Counted from the stretch's first letter, positions 1-9,997 are shown. The stretch is DNA of 16,928 nt from Arcobacter sp. (GCA_965662175.1 CBFIGT010000009.1:24580-41507); one strand, 5' to 3'. A program made the numbers and translations. Notes: generated by a model from the letters alone, not told the origin.

Positions 1-104
1 CCAACTTCATGGACAACATCCATTCTTTTGCTAATAAGTTTTAATAACTCATCATCAATGGCATCTAATTTATCTCTTAACTCTTGTAATCCAGCTTCAC
101 TCAT
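1..104 (-). CDS. pheA: Chorismate mutase/prephenate dehydratase (P-protein), N-terminal 34 codons only; runs off the window's left edge
   Basis: Not in the ORF track. Manual translation from ATG at 104 gives MSEAGLQELRDKLDAIDDELLKLISKRMDVVHEVG, an AroQ chorismate mutase pattern (L..LR..ID.ID..L..L...R). The start overlaps the HAD gene stop (ATGA at 101-104). The order lysA-HAD-pheA is known from Campylobacter. Confidence 0.9.
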   Translation of the reverse strand, partial: MSEAGLQELRDKLDAIDDELLKLISKRMDVVHEV

Positions 105-880
105 ATTTCACCCTTATTTAAAAGTTCTAAAACTTCATTTATATCTTTTAATATAAAATTTGGTTTTTCATCATCTTTCAACGTATTTACTATCTCATTT
201 TCATCTCTTATTTTACCACTTAATACCAAACAACTTTTCATATTAAGTTTTTGTGCACCTAATAAATCTCCAATCATATCATCAGAAATAATAGTAATAT
301 CTTCAAAATCCACATCAATCATATTTTTTGCACTCTCAAAAAAACCTAAAGAGGGCTTTCCAATCACCTCATAGTTTTTATTTGTTGCAAATTTTATCAT
401 ACTCATAATAGCACCAACTCCTGGATATCTTCTATTATCTTTTGAATAAATTGATGTATCATGCATTCCAATTATAGTATTAGTTTTTAAAGCAATTTCT
501 ATCATTGTTGCATAATCTTCATTTGTGTACTCTTTTTTAATAGATACAATCAAAGCTTCAGGATTTTCATACTCAAGATAGTATCCTAAATTAACTATTT
601 CATTTAAAAATTCAAGGGAACCAAAGGCAGCAACTTTTTTAACTTTTACTCTTTTTTCTAAAATAAAAAAAGGGTCAATATAGTTTTTTATATGAAAACC
701 TAAACTTTTTAAATAAGTTTTAAAATCATCACTTTTAACTTTTGTATTATTTGTAATCACTACATATGGTATGTTTTTTTTATTTAATAAATCTATAAAC
801 TCTATTGCTCCATTTATAGGCTTTTTATTTATATCATCAATTAATGTACCTTGAACATCAATAAAAAAAGCTTTACTCAT
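101..880 (-). CDS. HAD-superfamily hydrolase, subfamily IIA (NagD-like)
   Basis: Motif I-like FFIDVQGTL, motif II ITNN, motif III IGKP, motif IV-like ISDDMIGDL, then LVLSG; 259 aa. Confidence 0.9.
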   Translation of the reverse strand: MSKAFFIDVQGTLIDDINKKPINGAIEFIDLLNKKNIPYVVITNNTKVKSDDFKTYLKSLGFHIKNYIDPFFILEKRVKVKKVAAFGSLEFLNEIVNLGYYLEYENPEALIVSIKKEYTNEDYATMIEIALKTNTIIGMHDTSIYSKDNRRYPGVGAIMSMIKFATNKNYEVIGKPSLGFFESAKNMIDVDFEDITIISDDMIGDLLGAQKLNMKSCLVLSGKIRDENEIVNTLKDDEKPNFILKDINEVLELLNKGEI

Positions 881-2089
881 TTATTTTATGAATTCCTCTT
901 CTAAAGCAATTATATCTTCAAAAGTTTCTCTTCTTCTAATTAATCTATCTTTTCCATTTTCAATAGCAATTTCAGCAACTTTTCCTCTTGTATTGTAATT
1001 ACTTGACATTGTAAATCCATAAGCTCCTGCGCTATAAATAGCTACTAAATCATTATGTTGTGTTTTTTGTAATTTAATATTTTTAGCAAAAAAATCTCCA
1101 CTTTCACAAACTGGACCAACTAAATTACAATCGCTAAACTCTTGATTATCGTTTAAAACTTCAACTCTATGATAAGCATTATAAAGTGCAGGTCTGATTA
1201 AATCATTCATTGCACCATCCACAATAACAAATCTTTTATTTCCATTTACTTTTTCGTATAAAACTTTAGTTACAAATGTTCCAGCATTTCCCACCATAAA
1301 TTTTCCTGGTTCACAAACAACTGTAATATCAAGACCAAACATATTTTCCAAAATTGATTGAGCATATTCATTTGTATCAATTAATTTTTCATCTTTATAA
1401 ACAATACCTAATCCTCCACCAACATCAACAAATGATAATTCAATTTTTATAGCTTTCAAATTTCTTACTAAATCTGTAATAATTTTTACAGACTCTTTAA
1501 TTGGTTGAAGTTGAGTTAATTGTGAACCAATATGACAATGCATTCCAACTGGGTCTAAATTTTCACTATTTTTACATTGAATATACATTCTTTTTGCTGT
1601 ATCTATATCAACTCCAAATTTATTTTCATGTAAACCTGTTGAAATATATGGATGTGTTTGTGGGTCAATATTTGGATTTATTCTTATTGAAATTCTTGCT
1701 ATTTTTCCAAGTTCCTTTGCAATTAATTCAACTCTATTTAACTCAGCATCACTTTCAACATTTATCATTAAAATATCAAGTTCAAGTGCTTGTTTTATCT
1801 CTTCATCAATTTTCCCAACACCTGAAAATATAATTTTATATGCTGGAATTCCAACCTTTAAAGCTCTTTTAACTTCGCCAATACTAACACAATCTGCACC
1901 TGCTCCAAGATTTGCCAAATGCTTAATAACGCTTAAATTTGAATTTGCTTTAACTGCATATGCAATTAAAGATTTTCTAGCTCTAAAAGCACCTTTTAAT
2001 TCTTCATATTGTTTTGTAATATAATCAAAATCATATACATAATATGGTGTTTGATACTTATTTGCTAACTCTTTAAAATTTATACTCAT
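881..2089 (-). CDS. lysA: Diaminopimelate decarboxylase
   Basis: TPYYVYD, YAVKAN (PLP lysine), HPYISTG..ENKFG, HCHIGSQ, GGGLG, GPVCESGD, GAYGFTMSSNYN. The ORF track starts at 2101. I prefer ATG at 2089 (MSINF) because an AGGA lies upstream of it. Confidence 0.97.
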   Translation of the reverse strand: MSINFKELANKYQTPYYVYDFDYITKQYEELKGAFRARKSLIAYAVKANSNLSVIKHLANLGAGADCVSIGEVKRALKVGIPAYKIIFSGVGKIDEEIKQALELDILMINVESDAELNRVELIAKELGKIARISIRINPNIDPQTHPYISTGLHENKFGVDIDTAKRMYIQCKNSENLDPVGMHCHIGSQLTQLQPIKESVKIITDLVRNLKAIKIELSFVDVGGGLGIVYKDEKLIDTNEYAQSILENMFGLDITVVCEPGKFMVGNAGTFVTKVLYEKVNGNKRFVIVDGAMNDLIRPALYNAYHRVEVLNDNQEFSDCNLVGPVCESGDFFAKNIKLQKTQHNDLVAIYSAGAYGFTMSSNYNTRGKVAEIAIENGKDRLIRRRETFEDIIALEEEFIK

Positions 2090-2159
2090 TTTTATAATCA
2101 TCCTATATTTAAAATCTTAATTTAAAATTTCATTAAATTTAAAAATAAAATTTTATTTT

Positions 2160-3008
<849 letters not shown>

Positions 3009-3713
3009 TTATACCTCTTTTACATTTTTTAAAATCTGAACAAAATCCTCTTTTTTCCAAGAAGCTGTTCCAATTAGTGCACCATCAACTCCATCTAGTG
3101 AGCAAATTTCAGCAACATTTTCAACTTTTACACTTCCACCATATAGTAGTGGTTTTTCAATTTTTGCTTTTATTGCACTATGAACATTTTTTATATCTTC
3201 ATTTGTTGCTGTAACCCCTGTTCCTATTGCCCAAACAGGTTCATAAGCTAAAATTAAATTCTCATAATTTGTATCAATTCCCACAAATTGTTCATAAACA
3301 TACTCTAAAGTTGCTTCTAAACCTTGCTCTTTTACCTCTAAAGGCTCACCGATACAATAAACTATTTTATATCCAAGTGCACTATAAAAAGCAAATTTTT
3401 TAGCAATCTCTTCTTGTGATTCACCTAAAATATGTCTTCTTTCACTATGACCTATTAAAATAGTTTTAATATTAAACTCATCTAATTGAGAAGTACCTAT
3501 TTCACCTGTGAATGAGCCACTATTTACATAATAGGCATTTTGAGCACCAATAGTTAAATTAGCGTTTGTTTCATATATATCCAATGAAGTTGCTGTTGGG
3601 AAAACTAAAACTTCAATATCACTATTTTCATTTAAGTACTCATTTACAAAAGAGATATACTCTTTTGTACTAGCTCTTGTGTGATTTGTTTTAAAATTAG
3701 ATGCAATAATCAT
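3009..3713 (-). CDS. tpiA: Triosephosphate isomerase
   Basis: ASNFK, GAQN, GSFTGE, IGHSERR, AYEPVWAIGTG, LYGGSV. The start is moved from 3725 to ATG 3713 (MIIASNFK), 1 nt after the pgk stop and preceded by GAGGA. Confidence 0.97.
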   Translation of the reverse strand: MIIASNFKTNHTRASTKEYISFVNEYLNENSDIEVLVFPTATSLDIYETNANLTIGAQNAYYVNSGSFTGEIGTSQLDEFNIKTILIGHSERRHILGESQEEIAKKFAFYSALGYKIVYCIGEPLEVKEQGLEATLEYVYEQFVGIDTNYENLILAYEPVWAIGTGVTATNEDIKNVHSAIKAKIEKPLLYGGSVKVENVAEICSLDGVDGALIGTASWKKEDFVQILKNVKEV

Positions 3714-3714
3714 C

Positions 3715-4911
3715 TTATTCCTCAATTACTAAAGCTTTTACGCCTGGAAGAATTTTACCCTCAATTAACTCTAATGAAGCTCCACCACCTGTACTTATAA
3801 ATGTCATCTCATCCTCATCACCTGTGATTCGAACTAAGTCAGCTGTATCTCCACCACCAACAACTGTTGTAGCAAATGATTGTGCAACGGCTGTTGAAAG
3901 TTTTGTACTTCCTTTAGCAAATTTATCCATTTCATAAACACCCATTGGTCCATTCCATAAAATAGTATTTGCATCTCTTAAAGCTAAGCTAAATAGTTGA
4001 GCTGATGCTGGTCCAATATCAAGTCCCATCCATTTTTCAGGTATCTCTTGAACAGTTACAAGTTTTGCAATAGCTTCAGCATCAAATGCTTCAGCAGCAA
4101 CCACATCTACAGGTAAATAAAGTTTTACACCTAACTGTTTTGCTTCTTCCATAATTTTTATAGCTTCAGGAATTAAATGCTCTTCAACTAAAGATTTACC
4201 AACTTCATGTCCTAAGGCTTTAAGAAAAGTAAAGGCCATTCCTCCACCAATAATTATTTTATCAACTTTTGGTACAAGATTATAAAGTGCTTCTAATTTT
4301 CCAGATACTTTACTTCCACCTACAATTGATACAAATGGTCTTTTTGGATTATGAACAATATGGTGGAAAAATTTAATCTCTTTTGCAAGTAAAAATCCAG
4401 CTGCTTTATGTTGCATATCAAAATGTTTTGTAATACCCTCAACTGAAGAGTGAGCTCTATGTGAAACTCCAAATGCATCATTAATATAAACTTCAGCCAT
4501 AGAAGCTAATTTTGCTGCAAACTCTTCATCATTTTTAGTTTCACCTGGGTTATATCTTAAGTTTTCTAAAAGTAAAATCTCTCCTGCTTCTAGGTTTTTA
4601 GCTAACTCTAAAGTATCATCTTGAACAACATTTTTAGCCATTTTAATCTCTTGTTTTAAAAGAGTATGTAATCTTTTTGCAACAGGTTTTAATGAATATT
4701 TTTCTTCAAAAGGCTCTTTTGGTCTTCCAAAGTGAGAAGCTAAAATAATAGAACAGTCATTATCAATACAATATCTAATAGTATTTAAAGCTGACCTAAT
4801 TCTTCTATCATCAGTAATATTATTATACTCATCCATTGGTACATTAAAATCACATCTAATAAATACTCTTTTACCCACTATGTTTATGTTTTTGATTTCT
4901 TGTAATTTCAT
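3715..4911 (-). CDS. pgk: Phosphoglycerate kinase
   Basis: [66 protein letters not shown]. Confidence 0.98.
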   Translation of the reverse strand: MKLQEIKNINIVGKRVFIRCDFNVPMDEYNNITDDRRIRSALNTIRYCIDNDCSIILASHFGRPKEPFEEKYSLKPVAKRLHTLLKQEIKMAKNVVQDDTLELAKNLEAGEILLLENLRYNPGETKNDEEFAAKLASMAEVYINDAFGVSHRAHSSVEGITKHFDMQHKAAGFLLAKEIKFFHHIVHNPKRPFVSIVGGSKVSGKLEALYNLVPKVDKIIIGGGMAFTFLKALGHEVGKSLVEEHLIPEAIKIMEEAKQLGVKLYLPVDVVAAEAFDAEAIAKLVTVQEIPEKWMGLDIGPASAQLFSLALRDANTILWNGPMGVYEMDKFAKGSTKLSTAVAQSFATTVVGGGDTADLVRITGDEDEMTFISTGGGASLELIEGKILPGVKALVIEE

Positions 4912-4920
4912 TTTTTTTCC

Positions 4921-5919
4921 TTAGTTTTTAGCTACGTAAACAGCCATATCAATTAATCTAGAAGAGTAACCCCACTCATTGTCATACCATGTCATAACTT
5001 TAATCATATCACCGCTTATAACTTGAGTTAAATCAGCAGCTATAATTGTAGAGTTTGTATTTCCTACTAAATCACTTGAAACCATCATCTCTTTATCAAC
5101 AGCAACAATTCCAGCTAACTCTTTTGCTTTTGCTTCAAATAAAGCATTAACTTCCTCTTTTGTTGTAGCTTTATTAACTACAAAGTTAACATCTACCATT
5201 GATACATTTGGAGTTGGTACTCTTACAGATTGACCATGTAATTTTCCATCAAGTTGAGGCATAATAAGTCTCATAGCTTTTGCAGCACCTGTTGATGTAG
5301 GAATCATATTAGCAGCACCTGCTCTAGCTCTTCTTTTATCTTTTTTATGTTTTACATCTAAAATATTTTGGTCATTTGTATATGAGTGAATTGTAGTCAT
5401 TAAACCCTTTTCAATTCCAAAAGCATCATCAATTATTTTAGCAACAGGACCTAAACAGTTTGTTGTACAAGAAGCATTTGATACAATAGCTTGACCTTTG
5501 TAAGTTGATTCATTAACTCCCATTACAAAAGTTGGAGTATCATCTTTTGCAGGAGCAGACATAACAACTTTTTTTGCACCATTATCAATGTGAACTTGAC
5601 AAGAGTCTTGAGTTAAATATGCACCCGTACACTCTAAAACAACCTCTGCACCACAATCTTTTGTAAATGTTAACTCTTTTGCATCTCTTGTTGAATAAAG
5701 TTTAGCCTTAACCTTACCCATATAAAGATAAGCATCTTCAACTTTTACATCACCATTAAAAGTTCCATGAACTGTATCAAATTTAGTAATATACTCTAAC
5801 ATTTCAGGTGTTGTAGTATCATTTATAGCAACTAATTCTATATCATCTCTTTGCTCAATAATTCTTGCAACACATCTACCAATTCTTCCAAAACCATTTA
5901 TAGCAACTTTTAAAGCCAT
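4921..5919 (-). CDS. gap: Type I glyceraldehyde-3-phosphate dehydrogenase
   Basis: AINGFGRIGR, catalytic SNASCTTNCL, TTIHSYT, TGAAKA, RVPTPNVS, WYDNEWGYS. Confidence 0.98.
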   Translation of the reverse strand: MALKVAINGFGRIGRCVARIIEQRDDIELVAINDTTTPEMLEYITKFDTVHGTFNGDVKVEDAYLYMGKVKAKLYSTRDAKELTFTKDCGAEVVLECTGAYLTQDSCQVHIDNGAKKVVMSAPAKDDTPTFVMGVNESTYKGQAIVSNASCTTNCLGPVAKIIDDAFGIEKGLMTTIHSYTNDQNILDVKHKKDKRRARAGAANMIPTSTGAAKAMRLIMPQLDGKLHGQSVRVPTPNVSMVDVNFVVNKATTKEEVNALFEAKAKELAGIVAVDKEMMVSSDLVGNTNSTIIAADLTQVISGDMIKVMTWYDNEWGYSSRLIDMAVYVAKN

Positions 5920-5951
5920 TTTGTCCCTTTGTAAATTTGAAAATTTTAGGT

Positions 5952-5957
5952 ATTTTA
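5952..5957 (-). promoter_or_regulatory. Putative sigma70 -10 element (TAAAAT) for the gap-pgk-tpiA-fabI operon
   Basis: Minus strand reads AGATAAAAT about 33 nt upstream of the gap ATG, with an SD-like AAGGGA before the start. Confidence 0.5.
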
Positions 5958-5966
5958 TCTAAATGT

Positions 5967-5975
5967 TGCTATAAT
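5967..5975 (+). promoter_or_regulatory. Putative extended -10 promoter (TGnTATAAT) for nadD-rsfS
   Basis: TGCTATAAT is an exact extended -10 consensus, about 33 nt upstream of the GTG start, followed by an AAAGGA SD. Confidence 0.65.
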
Positions 5976-6008
5976 ATAATTTAAGCATAATAAAAAGGAT
6001 TATATTCA

Positions 6009-6545
6009 GTGCGAATTGCAATCTATGGTGGTAGTTTTGACCCAGTTCATATTGCCCATGAAACTATAGTTAATGAGGCTCTTAAAAAGTTAGATTTGGA
6101 CCTTCTTATTTTAGTTCCAACTTATTTAAATCCTGAAAAAATCTCATTTCACTTAGAACCTAGACAAAGACTTTTTTTATTAACAAAGAATTTTTCTGAA
6201 AATGAGAAGATTTTAGTAAGTGATTTTGAAATAAAAAAGAATAGAGCTGTTTATACTATTGAGAGTATACATTTTTTCAAAGAGTATTATAAACCTGAAA
6301 AAACCTATCTTATTATTGGTGCTGATAATTATGCTAGCTTTAACTCATGGTATAAAAGTGAAGAGATTCTAAATGAGGTTGAGTTAGTTGTTGCAACAAG
6401 AAATGGGTTTTTAAATCAAAATTATGATAACATTAGGACTTTAAATGTAGATATAGACATAAGTTCTACAAATTTAAGAGATAATTTAGATTTAAATTAT
6501 GTTCCAAAAAAAATTCAAGAAGATGTCAAAAACTTTTGGCACTAA
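6009..6545 (+). CDS. nadD: Nicotinate-nucleotide adenylyltransferase
   Basis: IAIYGGSFDPVHIAH (HxGH-like), YTI, IIGADN..F.SW, DISST; GTG start with SD; adjacent to rsfS as is typical. Confidence 0.94.
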   Translation: MRIAIYGGSFDPVHIAHETIVNEALKKLDLDLLILVPTYLNPEKISFHLEPRQRLFLLTKNFSENEKILVSDFEIKKNRAVYTIESIHFFKEYYKPEKTYLIIGADNYASFNSWYKSEEILNEVELVVATRNGFLNQNYDNIRTLNVDIDISSTNLRDNLDLNYVPKKIQEDVKNFWH

Positions 6546-6561
6546 AATAAGGGAATACATA

Positions 6562-6891
6562 TTGACTAGAGAAGAGAGTATCGTAAAGGTATTAGAAGAT
6601 AAAAAAGCTGAAAATGTTCAAGTAATTGATTTAAGAAAAGATGACTATATAGTTGATTTTGTTGTTATTGCTACTACATTAAATGCTAAACATGGATTTG
6701 CTTTATTAAATCATTTAAAAGATGAATTAAAGCCAATGGGTGAGCAATTTTTAAGAGTTGATGAAACTGAAGATTGGACAATTGTTGATTTAGGAGATGC
6801 TTTTATACATCTTATGAGTGAAACAAGTAGAAAAAAATACTCTTTAGAAGAGTTCTTAAGCGACTTAAAAAAAAGTAACAAAGAGGGTTAA
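6562..6891 (+). CDS. rsfS: Ribosome silencing factor RsfS (Iojap family)
   Basis: LEDKKAENVQVID, DFVVIAT, WTIVDLGDAFIHLM, R..YSLE. The ORF track starts at 6499. The in-frame TTG at 6562 after AAGGGA is more plausible and avoids overlap with nadD. Confidence 0.93.
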   Translation: MTREESIVKVLEDKKAENVQVIDLRKDDYIVDFVVIATTLNAKHGFALLNHLKDELKPMGEQFLRVDETEDWTIVDLGDAFIHLMSETSRKKYSLEEFLSDLKKSNKEG

Positions 6892-6899
6892 TCACCCTC
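6883..6899. terminator. Short hairpin at the convergent junction of rsfS and the small ORF
   Basis: GAGGGT-TAATC-ACCCTC, a 6-bp GC-rich stem spanning both stop codons; no clear U-tract. Confidence 0.35.
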
Positions 6900-7008
6900 C
6901 TCTCATTACTTTTCCATAATTACTTGTAGCATCTTTTGCTCCGCCTGTATAACCTGTTGCTATTGCTATGGCAATAAGTGCAGCAAAAATTATTAATACC
7001 CATTTCAT
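6892..7008 (-). CDS. Unannotated 38-aa small membrane/secreted protein MKWVLIIFAALIAIAIATGYTGGAKDATSNYGKVMRGG
   Basis: ATG overlaps the argS stop (TAATG); AAGGAGG SD at 7016-7022 with a 7-nt spacer; the ORF fills the argS-rsfS gap exactly; N-terminal K followed by a hydrophobic helix. Confidence 0.8.
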   Translation of the reverse strand: MKWVLIIFAALIAIAIATGYTGGAKDATSNYGKVMRGG

Positions 7009-8600
7009 TACATTACCTCCTTAGCTTTTATTCCTAATAGTGATAAACCTGTTCTTAATGATAATGAAACAACACTTAAAACTTTTAGGTTTTGATTTTG
7101 TTTATCTGTATCAACTATTTTATGTTCATTATAAAATTTATGAACAGAGGCTGCTAAATTATATAAATAATCAGTAATTTTTTGCATATCTCTTTTATCA
7201 AAAGCTTCATTTAATACTGTTGGTAAAAGTAAAGCTTCATAAACTAAATTCATACTATCTTCATTTAGTCCATCAAATTTTTCATCCACAACATCTTTTG
7301 GAGATAAATTAGCTTTTTTAAATACTTGATTTATTCTAGCGTGTGCATAATTTATATAAAATACAGGATTTGATGAGTCTTGATTTTTTAATGTTTCTAA
7401 ATCAAACTCTAAGTGAGTATCACTTTTTCTTGTTAAAAATACAAATCTTAAAGAATCAGCACCAATTTCATCAGCTATATCACTCATCAAAATTACATTT
7501 CCAGCTCGCTTACTCATTTTATAAGGCTCTCCACCTTTTAGTAGTTGAACCATTTGAGATAAAATTATCTCTAATTTAGAAGAGTCATTTCCTAAAAACT
7601 CGATTGCCGCTTTTACTCTAGAAATATATCCATGATGGTCAGCACCCCAAATATTTATATATCTGTCATATTTTCTATCATATTTATCTTTATGATAAAT
7701 AATATCACCAGCTAAGTATGTAGGAATTCCATTATCTCTTACTACAACTCTATCACTATCATCACCATGTGCTGTTGATTTTAAAAATATTTTTTCATCT
7801 TTTTCATATAATGAACCATTATTTTCTAAGACTTTTTTAGTTTCATCCCATGAAAAATATAAAGATTGCTCAGATACAAAGTTTTCAAACTCAATTCCAA
7901 CATCTTTTAAATCTTTTACAATAATCTCTAAAACTTCATCTTTAGCAAATCTAGCCATCTCTTTATATCTTGCTTCATCATGAAAAATATCGTTACCATG
8001 TGTTGCTTGAATTTTTTTAGCGATATCAATTAGATAATCACCTCTATAATATGTCTCTGGATAATCTACATTTTCATTTAATAAAAAATCTCTAGCAGCT
8101 AATGAAACAGAAAGTCCTAACATATCCATTTGAGCACCTGCATCATTGACATAATACTCTGTTGTAATATCATAACCTAAATATCTACCAACTCTAGCTA
8201 AAGTATCTCCAAATATTGCACCTCTTGCATGACCTATATGTAAAGGACCTGTTGGGTTTGCACTAACATACTCTAATAGGATTTTTTGATTTTTATTTTC
8301 ACCTTTACCAAATAGTGTTTCATCTTTAAAAATCTCTTTTGTTAGATTCTCTAAGAACTCTTTTGATAATTTAAAGTTTACAAAACCTTTTACCGAAGTT
8401 ACAGACTCAAATATTGTTGAGTCTGTAAATTTTTGTGCTAACTCTTCAGCTATCATCATAGGATTTTTTCGTAAACTTTTAGCAAGTGAAAAAGCAACAG
8501 GTGTTGCGAAGTGTCCTAAAGAGATATCTTTAGGTTTTTCAAGGACAATATTTCCTAAATCTAATACTTTTTCAATATATTCTTTTACCTGATTCTGCAA
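7008..8600 (-). CDS. argS: Arginyl-tRNA synthetase
   Basis: EYVSANPTGPLHIGHARG (HIGH), EYYVNDAGAQ, WGADHHGY, KMSKRAG, NPVFYINYAHARI; TTG start preceded by AGGA. Confidence 0.98.
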   Translation of the reverse strand: MQNQVKEYIEKVLDLGNIVLEKPKDISLGHFATPVAFSLAKSLRKNPMMIAEELAQKFTDSTIFESVTSVKGFVNFKLSKEFLENLTKEIFKDETLFGKGENKNQKILLEYVSANPTGPLHIGHARGAIFGDTLARVGRYLGYDITTEYYVNDAGAQMDMLGLSVSLAARDFLLNENVDYPETYYRGDYLIDIAKKIQATHGNDIFHDEARYKEMARFAKDEVLEIIVKDLKDVGIEFENFVSEQSLYFSWDETKKVLENNGSLYEKDEKIFLKSTAHGDDSDRVVVRDNGIPTYLAGDIIYHKDKYDRKYDRYINIWGADHHGYISRVKAAIEFLGNDSSKLEIILSQMVQLLKGGEPYKMSKRAGNVILMSDIADEIGADSLRFVFLTRKSDTHLEFDLETLKNQDSSNPVFYINYAHARINQVFKKANLSPKDVVDEKFDGLNEDSMNLVYEALLLPTVLNEAFDKRDMQKITDYLYNLAASVHKFYNEHKIVDTDKQNQNLKVLSVVSLSLRTGLSLLGIKAKEVM

Positions 8601-8611
8601 CTTTAGATGTC

Positions 8612-8848
8612 CTAAGCTTTTTTAGTATCTTCTGCATTTGCAGTAGTTTCAGTAGTTTTTGGCTTCTCTATTTCATCTGCTTTATCAGCTTTTGCAACTT
8701 CTTCTTTTTCATCTTCTTTAACAGCATTTTTAAAGTTCTTAATACCAGAACCTAAACCTTTTGCTAATTCAGGAATTTTCTTTCCTCCAAATAGTAAAAG
8801 TACTACTAGTGCTATTAAAACCCATTCCATACCACCTGGCATACCCAT
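8612..8848 (-). CDS. tatA: Twin-arginine translocase TatA/E subunit
   Basis: [33 protein letters not shown] followed by a charged tail; AGGAG SD. Confidence 0.96.
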   Translation of the reverse strand: MGMPGGMEWVLIALVVLLLFGGKKIPELAKGLGSGIKNFKNAVKEDEKEEVAKADKADEIEKPKTTETTANAEDTKKA

Positions 8849-8885
8849 ATTAATCTCCTATTTTTTATTTTCAAATTTAATGATT

Positions 8886-8891
8886 ATTATA
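8886..8891 (-). promoter_or_regulatory. Putative -10 element (TATAAT) for tatA-argS-small ORF
   Basis: Minus strand reads AGATATAAT about 37 nt upstream of the tatA ATG, in the crcB-tatA gap. Confidence 0.55.
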
Positions 8892-8921
8892 TCTTCTTAA
8901 TCCTTAAATAAATTGCATTGC

Positions 8922-9308
8922 TTATTTAAAAAAGAATGTAAAAATTTTATATCCACTTCCTGCTGCTAGAATTGATCCAAATAAATTTAAAAACATATTA
9001 GCAAGTCCTAGAAAAAGTGATGTATTTAATAAAAAATAACTCTCTATTGCAAAAGTTGAATAAGTTGTTAAAGCCCCTAAAAAGCCTGTTGTTAGAAAAA
9101 CTTTTAGTGTATCAGATACAGTGTAGTGTAAAAAAATAGCGAATAAAACTCCAATTAAAAAACTACCAACAATATTAACCGTTAGAATTCCCCAAGGAAA
9201 ATTAGATTTAAATGCCAAATTCATATTATGTGTAACATAGACTCTTGTAATAGCACCTAAAAATCCTCCACAACCAACAGCTAGAATTGTTTGCCAAGAT
9301 AGATTCAT
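8922..9308 (-). CDS. crcB: Fluoride efflux channel FluC/CrcB
   Basis: GGFLGAITR, PWGILTVNIVGSFLIG, TTGFLGALTTYSTF; four hydrophobic segments; ATGA overlap with the plsC stop. Confidence 0.95.
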   Translation of the reverse strand: MNLSWQTILAVGCGGFLGAITRVYVTHNMNLAFKSNFPWGILTVNIVGSFLIGVLFAIFLHYTVSDTLKVFLTTGFLGALTTYSTFAIESYFLLNTSLFLGLANMFLNLFGSILAAGSGYKIFTFFFK

Positions 9309-9997
9309 TTTTTTTCTTTTGCTATTTCAGTATTTAAAACTTCATTCATCTTCTCTTCTATTTCCTTAAACCAATCAGTAGATTTATCAGCTTGTATAGG
9401 CTCTAAATAAATTACTTTTACAACACCTGGTTTTGCCTCTAATTTTTGAGAATCTAAAATTTGTTTACTTTTTAATATTATAAGTGGTTGAACTCTAAGC
9501 TTAAGTTTATTAGCGATCATCGCAGCACCTGGTTTAAACTTGAGCATTCTTTTACCATCGCTTCTAGTTCCTTCTGGAAACATTGCAATTGGTCTACCCT
9601 GACTTAATCTATCTTTTGCCTCTTTTATAAGTTTAACTAAACCTGTTTTATCTTCTCTGTTTATAGTAATCATATTTGGAGCTTTCATAATATGTCCAAA
9701 AAAGAATAGGTCTGTTATCTCTTTTTTCCCGACCCAAGCTAAATGTCTATCATGAATATGTTCAATTACAATAATATCAAGCAAACTTTGATGATTCATT
9801 ATAACCATATCACATGATTCATCCATTTTCCCAACTTGTTCTAATTTAATACCTAAAAAAAATATTTGAAGTTTCATCCACCCTTTAATTATTGAATGAA
9901 CTTTATTTTTAAAAATATACATCAAAGCAATAACAATCGCAACTGTTATCGTAAATTGAATTAAAACTATAACACCTCTAATTCTTGACAAGATCAT
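9305..9997 (-). CDS. plsC: 1-acyl-sn-glycerol-3-phosphate acyltransferase
   Basis: NHQSLLD (HxxxxD) and FPEGTRS motifs; N-terminal hydrophobic segment. Confidence 0.92.
   Translation of the reverse strand: MILSRIRGVIVLIQFTITVAIVIALMYIFKNKVHSIIKGWMKLQIFFLGIKLEQVGKMDESCDMVIMNHQSLLDIIVIEHIHDRHLAWVGKKEITDLFFFGHIMKAPNMITINREDKTGLVKLIKEAKDRLSQGRPIAMFPEGTRSDGKRMLKFKPGAAMIANKLKLRVQPLIILKSKQILDSQKLEAKPGVVKVIYLEPIQADKSTDWFKEIEEKMNEVLNTEIAKEKK

Noticed and set aside
1501..1833. 110-aa plus-strand ORF
   Set aside because: Antisense shadow inside lysA; F/L/Y/Q-biased composition with no recognisable motif.
6009..6065. NadD HIAH in place of HxGH
   Set aside because: A conservative variant that keeps both histidines; not enough to suggest altered function.
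7343..7579. 78-aa plus-strand ORF
   Set aside because: Antisense shadow wholly inside argS; no protein-like features.
8922..9330. Possible fluoride riboswitch upstream of crcB
   Set aside because: crcB overlaps the plsC stop codon, so there is no leader region, and I saw no matching motif.
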